Translations under genes and position numbers: made by a program
Notes under the pieces: generated by a model
Told to the model about the DNA's origin: nothing
Database searches by the model: none
The model's input: the letters and a program-made list of their open reading frames with translations, nothing else
Shown: positions 11,766-22,544 of the stretch, piece after piece
Layout of the letters: every line of letters begins with the position of its first letter
Position numbering within the stretch: the first letter of the stretch is position 1
NCBI RefSeq assembly: GCF_001194135.2
Contig: NC_068983.1
Coordinates: forward strand, 36,591,621-36,635,980
Source: Octopus bimaculoides
Lineage: Eukaryota
DNA: 44,360 nt
Reading direction: 5' to 3'

Positions 11766-11966
11766 TAATGCAAAAATGGAGAGGAACCACAGAAACATTG
11801 ACATAGAAAATGTTAATAGCAAGAATATTGAAGATGAATTCCCTCCATAGTAATAATTGTATCTTGGTTGGAACCAAACCCAGATATACACAGGTATGAG
11901 ATGGCGCATAGTCATGAGAGACCAAAATAATCAATCAAAAAAAAAAAAAAATTAATGTCGGTAACA

Positions 11967-12660
11967 GTGTTGGGCTGTTTACATCCCTGTGACCTAGTGG
12001 TGCACCAAAAGAGACCAGTAGAGTAAGTACCAGATTTAAAAAATAAGTACTGGGAGTAATTTGTTCAACTAAACCAAGGGTGGGGAAACCCCTGCCCGCA
12101 GGCTCAATTGCACCCGTGAGCCCATTTTATTGTGCCTGCACAAAATATAGTCAATTTTTCAATTATAAAATTCATGCAATACTCGTATGAATCTTTGTGA
12201 CATAGGTCGCGTTTCCACTACGACTTAAAACGGTTAGACTCGAACAGAAAATTGTCCGGCAATTGCCATTTGAATGGAAATCTTGTTTTTACTATAAAAT
12301 GCATATTGCTAGGTTTGTACCACCCCCTTGAGACACAACTACACTCTAGCTGAAAAATACAGAATACCTCTTAAGTAATATAAACATCCTAAATTCAGTG
12401 GTGGCATTACTGAAGATGTTACATGTTAACTTAATGGTTTAAACTTATCTTTATTAATGTATGTCGAATTATACATAGATATATACAAGATTTACACAGT
12501 TATGAGAGTTAGAACTTGTGATCCACCTGTGGACCTTCTTTTTTTTTTTTTGGAAATTTTTGCCCACCGCACTAAAAAGTTTCTCCACCCTTGAAATAAA
12601 CCCTTGAAGGCAGCACCTCAGCATGGCTGCAGTTGAGTGAGTGAAACAAGTAAAAGATAA
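11967..12660 (+). mobile_element. SINE family A tail split by a hAT element
   Basis: '...aataagtactggg..atttgttcaactaaac' resumes after 12601 as 'ccttgaaggcagcacctcagcatggctgcag'. Confidence 0.75.
12075..12593. mobile_element. Non-autonomous hAT (Charlie-like) element, 519 bp
   Basis: TIRs caagggtggggaaac / gtttctccacccttg (14/15). 8-bp TSD aactaaac(12067-12074) / aaataaac(12594-12601). Confidence 0.85.
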
Positions 12661-12696
12661 GACACACACACACACACACATATATATAGATATATC

Positions 12697-13077
12697 GTGG
12701 CACACCGTCGGTTACAACGACGAAGGTTCCAGTTGATCTGGTCAACGGAACAGACTGCTTGTGAAATCAACGTGCAAGTGGCTGAGCACTCCACAGACAC
12801 ATGTAACCTTAATGTAGTTCTCAGTGAGATTCAGTGTGACACAGAGTGTAACAAAGATGGCCCTTCGAAATACAGGTACAACAGAAACAGGAAGAAAGAG
12901 TGAGAGAAAGTTGTGGTGAAAGAGTACAGCAGGGTTCTCCACCACCACCTGCCAGAGCATTGTGGAGCTTTAGGTGTTTTTGCTCAATAAACGCTCACAA
13001 TGCCTGGTCTGGGAATCGAAACCATGATCCTACGACCGCAAGTCCACTGCCCTAACAACTGGGCCATTGCGCTTCCA
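12697..13077 (-). mobile_element. tRNA-headed SINE family C, near full length
   Basis: Minus strand begins ggaagcgcaatggcccagttgttagggc (box A) with gtttcgattccc (box B). Partial homolog at 25912-26083. Confidence 0.85.
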
Positions 13078-13079
13078 CA

Positions 13080-13120
<41 letters not shown>

Positions 13121-13315
13121 TACACACACTCAGAGCATAGACTGCAAAGGAAGTAATCGCTAGAGAGATTAAAGATAAGGTTAATAACCCAGAAAATGAA
13201 AAGCTAGTCAAGTCAGAATCTCTTGAAAGAGAATTAATAAAGTTAAATGTCTTCTCCACAGAAGATAGTTCTTACGAATTACTATTTATAGTTAGTATAT
13301 CATGAAGTTAGTTGG

Positions 13316-13490
13316 TTAAAATGGTTGACATTGTTTACTCACAAGGTTTTCACATTCTTTTCCCTTTCCCCAAATATATTTAATTAAACCAGTGGTTCCC
13401 AACCATTTTTTGCCTATGGACCCCTTTGATTCCAGAGGGAGCAGGTAATTTCATAGCTATTCGATGATTAAAAACTCCCTTTATATTTAT
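13316..13490 (+). repeat. Local duplication unit 1 (flank plus hAT MITE 5' end); unit 2 at 13701-13870
   Basis: 'ttaaa(a)tgg[tc]tgacattgt...ttccccaaatata...taaac[ct]agtggtt..caaccattttttgc...gattaaaaactccctttatattt' repeats with about 385 bp offset. Confidence 0.9.
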
Positions 13491-13580
13491 ATTAAAAACT
13501 CCCTCAATATTTATATCAAAAACTCCCTTAATATTTATATTAAAATCTCCTTTATATTTATATTAAAAACTCCCTTTATA
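13467..13580 (+). repeat. 24-bp minisatellite, about 5 copies
   Basis: Unit attaaaaactccctttatatttat. Confidence 0.92.
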
Positions 13581-13773
13581 ACTTATTAAAATTTCCAGAA
13601 AAAAATAAATGTTACAAGGGGTTATATGATGTGGTTGACCAGAATTCTACTGCTGGTTTTTGTTAGTTTGAGAAGTGTTGATCTTGAATTCATACTTGCT
13701 TTAAATGGCTGACATTGTATATTCACAAGGTTTCCACATTCTGTCCCCTTTCCCCAAATATATCTCATTAAAC

Positions 13774-13997
13774 TAGTGGTTTTCAACCATTTTTTGCTTA
13801 CGGACCCCTTTGATCCCGCAGGGAGCAAGTAATTTCATACCTATTCAATGATTAAAAACTCCCTTTATATTTTTATGATTAAGAATTGTATTTAAAAAAT
13901 GTGTATGGTAGAAATATAATCAGTTTATTGCACATAAATCTTAACATAATCTTGTGGACCCCCAAGGGCCGTATGGACCCTGGTTTGAGAAACACTG
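13774..13997. mobile_element. hAT-Charlie-like MITE, 224 bp
   Basis: Termini tagtggttttcaacc / ggtttgagaaacactg. 8-bp TSD cattaaac(13766-13773) / tattaaac(13998-14005). Confidence 0.8.
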
Positions 13998-14259
13998 TAT
14001 TAAACTGTAACAGTGGAAGATGGATGTGATTTATTGGGTATTGTGTGAGGCATCCAGAGTTTCCCTGCTATCCAGATAATCACCTGGGAACTGATCCATG
14101 AGAAAAGGAACTGTAGGTAACCACCTGAAACCTCAAAACCTTGTTTGAAGACAGTGATGTACCAACTTCGATGATGAACTTTGGGGTACTGTTGATAGTG
14201 GAAAAGAATATATGGTACATGTCATTGTGCTTGATATAAATACAAGTGTTAGTCAACAG

Positions 14260-14385
14260 ATAATAACAATGATGACAACAATGAGGATGATGATGATAAT
14301 GACAATGTCGATAACGATGATGATGATTAAAATAATGGGGATGATAATGATGATGATGATGGCAATGATGGTGGTCGTCATGATT
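14260..14385. repeat. Degenerate (ATG/GAT)n trinucleotide repeat
   Basis: atgatgatgataatgacaatg run. Confidence 0.9.
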
Positions 14386-15700
14386 TATTTTACCAATTTA
14401 CAGTGTGCTGATGGTGTAAGTGTAGATAGCTGTTGAATAAGAAGGAAAATAACTCAAACAAACTTATAAACGATGTTCAAAAATCAATAAAGATTTATTA
14501 AAGATAATGTAAACCACTTCACAGTGAAACAGAACTGAAAAAAATACACATCCAAAGATCTGGAGAGAAACAGCAGATATTTTTGCCAAAGATGTTCTAC
14601 AAGTGAATCCAAAGACCCAGTTTTCAGCTAAGGGACAGTGATGATGATGAAAGTTATATACAGCACTGTAGTGAATGGTAAATTTAATTTCTTCATCATC
14701 ATCATTTTATTATACTCGCAAGGAACAATGATAATGAAGAACTTAAATTGATGACGGTTTTAAACAATGATGTTAATTAGAAGATACTTAAATTGGGTTG
14801 GATGGGTCACATCACTTGTTGTTATCTACATCTTGCATTTACAGCAACAGAGAAAATAAACCACAAGCAATGAAGAAGTTTCTCCATATGGAAGGACCAA
14901 ATGTCTCTTTTGCTCTCTCTCTCTCTCTCTCATAGGTCTTAACATTACTTCACTTCTTGAAAGCACACAGTAATGTGGTTTGCAGATCTCATCCATATAT
15001 TCCATTTTTGGTATGATATCTATGGCTGGATGCTCTTCCTATAGGCAACCACTTAACAGAGTCTACAGAGTGCTTCTTATTACAAAACTAGTTCTAAAGA
15101 GGTTAACTGCAACAAAACTAAAGAGCCATCTCAAACCCTGTATCAATTTTTATCCAAAATCATTCCTCCCCAAGACAAGTTGCTTATGCCTCGACTCATA
15201 GTTATCTCATCTTCTCACTTGTTTGGTATAGTCATTACAATTGGATGCCATTGTCTGGAGTTAATTCCTTGCTAGGATGAAGGGCTACATTCATTGTCTT
15301 TGGAGCTCTCAGTAGCAGGTAATATGGTTATTATCTTCACTATGTAGGTAAAGTGAAGCACGTTACAGTAGTACTGTTGTGGCTGGGTACGAGGCTGTCT
15401 CTAATGTGTGTAAAGATGGTAAAGACATGTAGTTGGCATTACAACTTATCGTCCTAGACTAATGACAGCAGAGCAGATAACTGTCAGGCTCTATGGGCTA
15501 GGATAGCATTTCATACCCACCTAAGGATTCACTAAAGAGAAGAATGGACTGGTAAGATCTGGATATTATAGAATAGTGATGATCAAGTAAGATCTGGTGG
15601 TGGTTTGTATCAATGAAATTTAATCCATAGGCATTAATCAGAAAAAATTGTCAGTGAGCATGAAACCACATGGCTGGGAAGTAAACTTCTTAATCATACA

Positions 15701-15878
15701 GGCGCAGGAGTGGCTGTGTGCTAAGTAGCTTGCTTACCAACCACATGGCTCCGGGTTCAGTCCCACTGCGTGGCATCTTGGGCAAGTGTCTTCTACTATA
15801 GCCTCAGGCTGACCAAAGCCTTGTGAGTGGATTTGGTAGACTGAAACTGAAAGAAGCCTGTCGTACATATGTGTGTGT
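15701..15878 (+). mobile_element. SINE family A head, young
   Basis: ggcgcaggagtggctgtgtgctaagtagcttgcttaccaaccacatggctccgggttcagtcccactgcgtggcatcttgggcaagtgtcttctactatagcc. Confidence 0.92.
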
Positions 15879-15879
15879 G

Positions 15880-16583
15880 AACGCCAGCGTCACCAATTTT
15901 GTAAGTAGTTATCTCAACTTTATATTTTCTGACGCTACTCTATCTCTTTCTCTATCATTTTCCCCCCTCTTGTTCTTCCTCTGTTTACTACTACGTATCT
16001 CTCTTTACCCCTCTCGTTCTTCTTCTGTTACTGCTACGTATCTCTTTCCCACCCCCTCGTACTTCCTCTCTTCCTCTTTTCCTCTCGTTGCTCACCTATT
16101 CTTCTACTTCCTCCCTTTGTTTCTCCCTCTACCACTCTCTCTCTCCCCCCACCTTACACCGGCATGGTCACATGCTTCCGGTCAATAATCCTTTTCTTCC
16201 TTGGCTATCGCGAACTTACTTCGTCCCCTCTTTCAAGTTCCTGCCTCACAGCGTTCATATACACATAATTTTTCCCGTCTGGCCGTATAGCCTTTTCCGT
16301 TTGTTTTCCTGTCTTGTTTTTTTGTCCGCCACTACATTCCTCCATAGCACAGGTTCAATTTGTGTATACAAATTTAATTTGCGGTCCATGGGAAGAGCCG
16401 TTTTAACGATGCGTCCTACCCAGCTCTTCGAAACGCCGGTGTTAAAACGGGGGTAGCTGATGAAGGAGAATGTTCTCTATGTGGCTTGTGTGTTTTCTGT
16501 ACTCTGATTATCATTATTTTCTTGTCTACGTTTTGTTTGCAATGTCCTGTACCCAGATATGCACCTATACATACAGGTGGATG
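15880..16583 (+). mobile_element. Penelope-LTR-like element, copy 2, inserted in the microsatellite middle of a family A SINE
   Basis: Pyrimidine-rich body then hammerhead cores. Homologous to 22-270. The SINE head is on the left and the SINE tail lies after the gap at 16706. Confidence 0.6.
16398..16469 (+). ncRNA. Candidate non-circularly permuted hammerhead ribozyme, copy 2, all core nucleotides intact
   Basis: GCGTC(16411-16415)|CTACCC(16416-16421); TCTTC-GAAA-CGC(16425-16436); GGGTAG-CTGATGA-A-GGAGA(16451-16469). Stem I 6 bp, stem II 5 bp with one G-U, stem III 4 bp, extension CCGTTTTAAC(16398-16407)/GTTAAAACGG(16441-16450). Confidence 0.7.
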
Positions 16584-16705
16584 NNNNNNNNNNNNNNNNN
16601 NNNNNNNNNNNNNNNNNNNNNNNNNNNNNNNNNNNNNNNNNNNNNNNNNNNNNNNNNNNNNNNNNNNNNNNNNNNNNNNNNNNNNNNNNNNNNNNNNNNN
16701 NNNNN

Positions 16706-16912
16706 TGTGTGTGTGTGTGTGTGTGTGTATGTATTTGTCCCCCCAACATCGCTTGACAACTGATGGTGGTGTGTTTACGTCCCCATAACTTAGCAGTTCA
16801 GCAAAAGAGACTGATAGAACAAGTACTAGGCTTACAAAGAATAAGTCCTGGAGTCGATTTGCTTGACAGTGCTCCAGCATGGCCGCATTCAAATGACTGA
16901 AATAAGTAAAAG
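16706..16912 (+). mobile_element. SINE family A tail
   Basis: gtatttgtccccccaacatcgcttgacaactgatgg...ccagcatggccgcattcaaatgactgaaataagtaaaag. Confidence 0.88.
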
Positions 16913-17199
16913 AGTATACATCGTACAACCATGCCTACATCTATCTGTCCACATAATAAAATTTTGCTTGTAGATCTAGTTCTCATGATGTGCCATTGTT
17001 TTTACATTAAAACACAAATGACTCCCTAACTTTGAAATAACTTTACAAAATGAGATTCTTTGCAAATTTTTCTACAGTCTTTTCTACAAAGAAATATAGA
17101 AACAGGCTAAACGAACAGCATGCCACCCAGTCTTAAGAGTCAAAAAGGACAGAGATCATTGAAAGAAACTTGCTTTACACACATACACACGTGTGTGTG

Positions 17200-17425
17200 T
17201 GTGTATGTGTTTGTGTGTATGTGTCTTTGTGACAACCTACCACCGCTTGACAACTGGTGTTGGTGTGTTTACATCCCCATGACCTAGTGCTTCAGCAAAA
17301 GAGATTGATAGAATAAGTAGCAATCATAACAAAAAAAAAAAGCATTGGGGTCAATTCATTCAACTAAAAATTCTTCAAGGCAGTGCCACAGCATGGCCAC
17401 AGTCTAATGAAACAAGTAAAAGATG
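17200..17425 (+). mobile_element. SINE family A tail
   Basis: ccgcttgacaactggtgttggtgtgtttacatcccc...gcatggccacagtc...acaagtaaaaga. Confidence 0.8.
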
Positions 17426-17819
17426 ATGAAGAAGTCTCTATGCAGTTAATCAACCTACACGAAACACCAGTCAAATCTCCCTCAAAATCATGCCCCACAC
17501 TTTATGAAGGGTTTCATAATGGTTAAGATATTCGTTATTTTGCAATGCTGGTCATTTGCAATGGACTGGTGTTCTTTCCAAAAATAGAGATTCTCTGCAG
17601 CCATTAAATGATATGAAGATTTTATTAGACATCAGCAGACCATAACTACCAATACAGGAAATGGAGAGAAAGAAAATAAAAAACAAGGAAACACAAGAGA
17701 AACAAAAGCTAAAGACAATACAAGAGAAAATTACAGGAGTCAAATATTAAAAAGCTCCACCAAAATGTCTACTTGGTCATGTCAAACCAATCCACTTAAT
17801 ATCATTTGAGACATCAGTC

Positions 17820-17869
<50 letters not shown>

Positions 17870-17900
17870 TTAATAAATGATAATAAATAATAATAATAAT
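17820..17900. repeat. (AAT)n microsatellite
   Basis: Visible run. Confidence 0.95.
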
Positions 17901-18384
17901 CATAAATGGTGCATTATGGATCAAACAGAAATGTTCTGAATACAACAGAACAAGGTTTTGCTACAGAGTTACGATCTAAGGCTAGAAACTTTTTAAATTA
18001 TAAACACAACCATCATGACGACCACCACTGCTGCTGCCACCACTCCACTTACCAAACCATATAATATCTGGCAGAATCAGCTGCAATATTGATTAAACAG
18101 TAGGTTTCTCAATTGTCGCACAATGTTTGGAGTTAAGACATTGAAAGGAATTTATGTATGTGGTAGAAAAAAACGGTAAAATACGTAAGGAGAGCTAATA
18201 AAAGGGTGGAAAAGAAAATCTTGATGCTGGAGGAGGAAGGAAGAAGTGTGGTGATGGTGATGGAAGTGATGGAGTGAAGAGAAAAGTGTATCATGACATT
18301 GGCAATGATGTTGCCGATAGAGAAATAAATGGTGGTGTTGGTAACGCGTTACTTCAGAATTAGCTGAGAATATTATATTATATC

Positions 18385-18386
18385 TA

Positions 18387-18428
<42 letters not shown>

Positions 18429-18620
18429 CAAATATATATAAACATATACATATATACACATATACATATATACACATACATATACATATATACATATACA
18501 TATATACACATACACATATAGACACACACATATACGTATATATATGTGCATGCACTCACACCTATATATACACACACACATCAATATATACCCAGGCATA
18601 TATATATATATATTCTCGCA
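18385..18620. repeat. (TA)n/(CA)n low-complexity tract
   Basis: Visible run. Confidence 0.92.
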
Positions 18621-18740
18621 ATAGGTTTCTAGAGATTTCTTTAAAACCACCATAAGTGAGATGTCATTTGTCAGTATGAATTAAATGTTTGGAAGTGACA
18701 AGTGTATGTCTATGTATGCATGTAAGTATTATCATTAAAA

Positions 18741-19858
18741 AGGTGGTAGATTGACAAAATCAGTAGAGCGTCATGTAAAATGCTTTGTGGTATTTCTCAC
18801 AGTTCTTTACATCCTCAATTTAAATCCAATAGCAAGATCTTCTAAAGTCTGTAAAACAAAGTGACGATTTGTCTTACACCTTCTCCAAAATTTCAGGCCT
18901 TCTGCTTGTGTTAGAAACAATTATTATCATTATTTTTTTTTTATTAAGGTGGCAAGCTGGCAAATTTGTTAGCTTGCTAGGAAATGTGCTTTCTGTCATT
19001 TCATCTGTCCTTACTTTCTGAGTTCAAATTCTGCTGAGGTCGACTTTGCCTTTCATCCTTTCAGGGTCAATAAATTAAGTACCAGTGAAAAACTGGAGTC
19101 GACGTAATCAATTAGTCCAAAATTTCAGGCCTTGTGCCTTTAGTAGAAAGGATTATTATTATTGTTATTAATAAAGTGGCAGGCTGGCAGAACCATTAGC
19201 ATGCTGGGAAAAATGCTTAGTGGCATTTCATCCATCTTTATGTTCTGAGTTCAAATTCCACTGAGGTCGACTTTGTATTTCATCCTTACAGGGCTGATAA
19301 AATAAGTACCAGTTGAGCACTGGGGTCAATATAATCAATTTACCCCCCCTCTCCAAAATTGCTGGCCTTGTGCCAAACTTTGAAACAAACCATTATTATC
19401 ATTAGTAGTAGTAGTAGTAGTAAGGCGGTGAGCTGGCAGAATCATTAGCACACCGGATGAAATGCTTAGCAGTATTTCGCCCGTCACTATGATCTGAGTT
19501 CAAATTCCACTGAGGTCGACTTTGCCTTTCATCCTTTCAGGGTCAATAAAATAAGTACCAGTAGAACATTGTGTTGATGTAATCGATTAATCCCCTCCCC
19601 AAACATTTCTACCCTTGTGGCAATATTTGAAACCATTATTATTATCAGTAGTAAAAATGGTGAGCTGGTAGAATCATAAGTGTCAGACAAAATTTCTTAG
19701 CATTTTGTCTACCTTATCACTCTGAGTTTAAAATTCTGACAAAGAAGACTTTGCCTTTCACCCTTTTGGGGTCAATGAAATCAGTACCAGTTGAGAACTA
19801 GGGTTGATATAATCAAATAGCCCCATCCTCCAAAATTTCAGGTCTTGTGCCAATATTA
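18741..19858 (+). mobile_element. Head-to-tail array of five family B SINEs
   Basis: Heads near 18741, 18948, 19175, 19424 and 19658. Four share 'tctgagttcaaattc..ctga.gtcgactttgcctttcatcctt..gggtcaataaa.taagtaccag', the first is more decayed, and each ends in an (ATT)n-like spacer. Confidence 0.88.
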
Positions 19859-19941
19859 ATTCCCTGCTTTCCAGAGAATTAATATTGAATGACATTAATA
19901 CATGCTGTACCCAATACATGATGTACTTAGAACACTCTGTA

Positions 19942-19986
<45 letters not shown>

Positions 19987-20374
19987 NNNNNNNNNNNNNN
20001 NNNNNNNNNNNNNNNNNNNNNNNNNNNNNNNNNNNNNNNNNNNNNNNNNNNNNNNNNNNNNNNNNNNNNNNNNNNNNNNNNNNNNNNNNNNNNNNNNNNN
20101 NNNNNNNNNNNNNNNNNNNNNNNNNNNNNNNNNNNNNNNNNNNNNNNNNNNNNNNNNNNNNNNNNNNNNNNNNNNNNNNNNNNNNNNNNNNNNNNNNNNN
20201 NNNNNNNNNNNNNNNNNNNNNNNNNNNNNNNNNNNNNNNNNNNNNNNNNNNNNNNNNNNNAAAAACCATAACAGTCCAACAAAATGTTTCGGCTTATATA
20301 TATATATGTTTTCTGATATACATAATGACAGTTCAATTATGTATAAGCCACTGATCAATTGACTGATCCTGTCC

Positions 20375-20572
20375 CACTAAAATATTCTTTTCTACTCAAG
20401 GCACAAGGCCTGAATTTTGGGGGTGAGAGACCAGTCAATTACTTAATTTATCAACCCTGAAATGATGAAAAGCAAAGTTGACCTTGGTGGAATTTGAACT
20501 CAGAACATAAAAACAGGCGAAATACCGCTAAGCATTTCATCTGGCATGCTAACGATTCAGCCAGCTCACCAT
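20375..20572 (-). mobile_element. SINE family B
   Basis: 'gcaaagttgaccttggtggaatttgaactcagaac...aataccgctaagcatttc...gccagctcacc' is the reverse complement of the family B head. Confidence 0.85.
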
Positions 20573-20647
20573 CTCTTATCCCACTAAAATATTGCTGGTC
20601 TTTTGCCAAAATTTCAAACTATTATTCTGTTATATTATTATTATCAT

Positions 20648-20865
20648 CAAGGCAGCAACATAGCAGAGTTGTTAGCATGCTGGGACAAAGTGCTTGGTGG
20701 AATTTCTCCTGACTTAACCTTCTGAGTTCAAATTCTGCTGAGGTTGATTTTGCCCTTCATTCTTTTGGGGATTGAATCAATAAGTACCAGTTGAGTACTG
20801 GGGGCCAATGTAATCAACTAACCCCTCAGCACAAATTTCAAGCCTGTTGCCTATAGTAGAAAGGA
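20648..20865 (+). mobile_element. SINE family B
   Basis: aaggcagcaacatagcagagttgttagc...ttctgagttcaaattctgctgaggttgattttgcccttcattc...aagtaccag. Confidence 0.82.
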
Positions 20866-21309
20866 TTATTATTATTTTTAATATAGTCATGTAATCATGG
20901 CAGCAAGCAGACAAAGGCAGTGAGTTGTCAAGTACGTGGGTGGGGGTGGTTGATGTCATTGATTTAGCCTCTAACCTCAAAACTGATAGCCTTGTACCAA
21001 AATTAGAAAGAATTATTGTTATTATTATTATTATTATCATCATCAGTATTATCATTATAGTCATATAGCCAAAGGCTGGGCTTAAATTTCCCTGTGCCAC
21101 ATGCTTAGCAATATTTTATCAGACCATCCTTCATTTGTATTTAAACACATAATAATAATAATACAAGATTTAAAAAAAAAAAAAAAAATTAACTTTTTTT
21201 GTCTTGAGGTGGGTGAGGAAAGGTTTCCTGTAATTTGGAGATATCAAATGTCTCACCTGATCAAAGTAATAGTATGTATATATAAGTATTGACATGTGTT
21301 GTTGTTGTT

Positions 21310-21505
21310 GTTGTTTAGTTCTCGGTCAAGCCTAATCAAGCAATCGTATGATATAAAAGCATGCTAGTCATGACCATCCTGTCTTATTTTTGTTTTCAGA
21401 CTCACCCATTATCCATTTTTTAAATTTCTAAGTCAATAAAATGTGATGTGATGAAAATCTGACAGTTATTTCCGGCAGGTGGAGCAATGATACAGAGACC
21501 CTTGT
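21310..21505 (-). mobile_element. Dispersed SINE-like repeat family F
   Basis: Reverse-complement similarity to 35290-35490 ('gatggtcataactgg...ggctgaccaggggttaaacaa'). Related pieces at 17435-17500, 23075-23145 and 40790-40960. Confidence 0.5.
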
Positions 21506-22059
21506 TAATTCATTATATGTGTTTGTTGATAGGTGTTCACAAGCATGAATAGAAAATTAACCTTTCTCTCTCTCTCTGGTACAACTGTCCATTTCCATTG
21601 CTTCTTATTCTTTCTACAAAGCCAAATACTATAGAAACAGAGAACGAGCCAAGAATTTGTATCCTGTGACTGGTTTCATGTTGTGATTGAAGAGAAAACG
21701 CTTTAATTCTTATATTGTCCAGTCCACTTAACTGTAGGGAGGTATGGTAGCTTCAGTAGGGAGTAACACATCAGTATCATGTTAACTTCAGACCAGTAAT
21801 TTCATCTAAATATTTGTGACAGAAGACACTATTATAAAACCAGGCAGTGACACTAAACTGGGCAATGGATGAAGCCTACAATCTTATATATCTTAGAGAA
21901 ATACAAGCTCAGCAAGCTGACTTGTCTAAGATATACTACATAAAGATAATATCACCTTCAGTGAGTTACAGGACAAACTAGTCATGCAAAGACCAATTCG
22001 CTAACACTTGAGGTAGAATGGTACCAGAATTGTTTGAATGCCTATTTTATAGTTATAAG

Positions 22060-22220
22060 GTACAGGCATGGCTGTGTGGTAAGAAGTTTGCTTCTCAACC
22101 ACATGGTTTTCAGTTCGAACCCATTACATGACACCTAGGGCAAGTGTCTTCTACTATAACCACAAGCTGACTAAAGCTTCATGATTCAATTTGGTTGACA
22201 GAAACTGAAAGAAATCTGTC
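22060..22220 (+). mobile_element. SINE family A head
   Basis: caggcatggctgtgtggtaagaagtttgcttctcaaccacatgg...cacctagggcaagtgtcttctactat. Confidence 0.85.
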
Positions 22221-22544
22221 ATGTGCGTGCCTCTTTACACTTCCATTTCATCATCATGCTCAACTTTCATTCCTTCTTCAAGTAACTCCACTTGCTGCTC
22301 ACTTGCTTCCTTTCCAACCCACTATACACCTCTCTCGTTTGTTCTTCAAAAAACCTCACTACTCGAGCCACGTTTTTTCAGCCATGTGCTTTTCTCCAGA
22401 TAATTTACTCTTCCTGACAAAGAGCCATGCTTGAAATGTCATTTCCACTCCTATTTTACCATCTAAAACATTTATCTAATATATTTGCCATGTACATCTA
22501 ATTGACTTATGTTGTTTCCCCACTTTTTTTTCTTTTTTTTATTT

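Noticed and set aside
14212-14436. Met-rich ORF
   Set aside because: It is a translation of an (ATG)n repeat.
15701-15780. tRNA gene calls for box A/box B segments
   Set aside because: They lack full cloverleaf pairing and continue into shared SINE bodies, so they are SINE heads.
17612-17900. Stop-free plus frame YEDFIRHQQTITTNTGNGEKENKKQGNTRETK...
   Set aside because: No ATG, an in-frame stop just after the nearest good acceptor, A-rich low complexity and no recognisable homology.
18340-18375. Palindromic gtaacgcgttac next to ctgaag on the minus strand, hammerhead-like
   Set aside because: CUGANGA and GAAA cores are incomplete and there is no stem I or II.
19758-20358. Long ORFs spanning N runs (also near 2.2-2.7, 16.4-16.9, 24.0-24.5, 25.1-25.8, 28.5-29.0, 36.6-36.9, 38.9-39.4 and 43.1-43.9 kb)
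   Set aside because: Their length comes from X residues in assembly gaps.
21244-21280. Minus-strand tactttgatcAG|GTGAGA, a possible recursive splice site
   Set aside because: The pyrimidine tract is weak and host transcript orientation is unknown; expected by chance.
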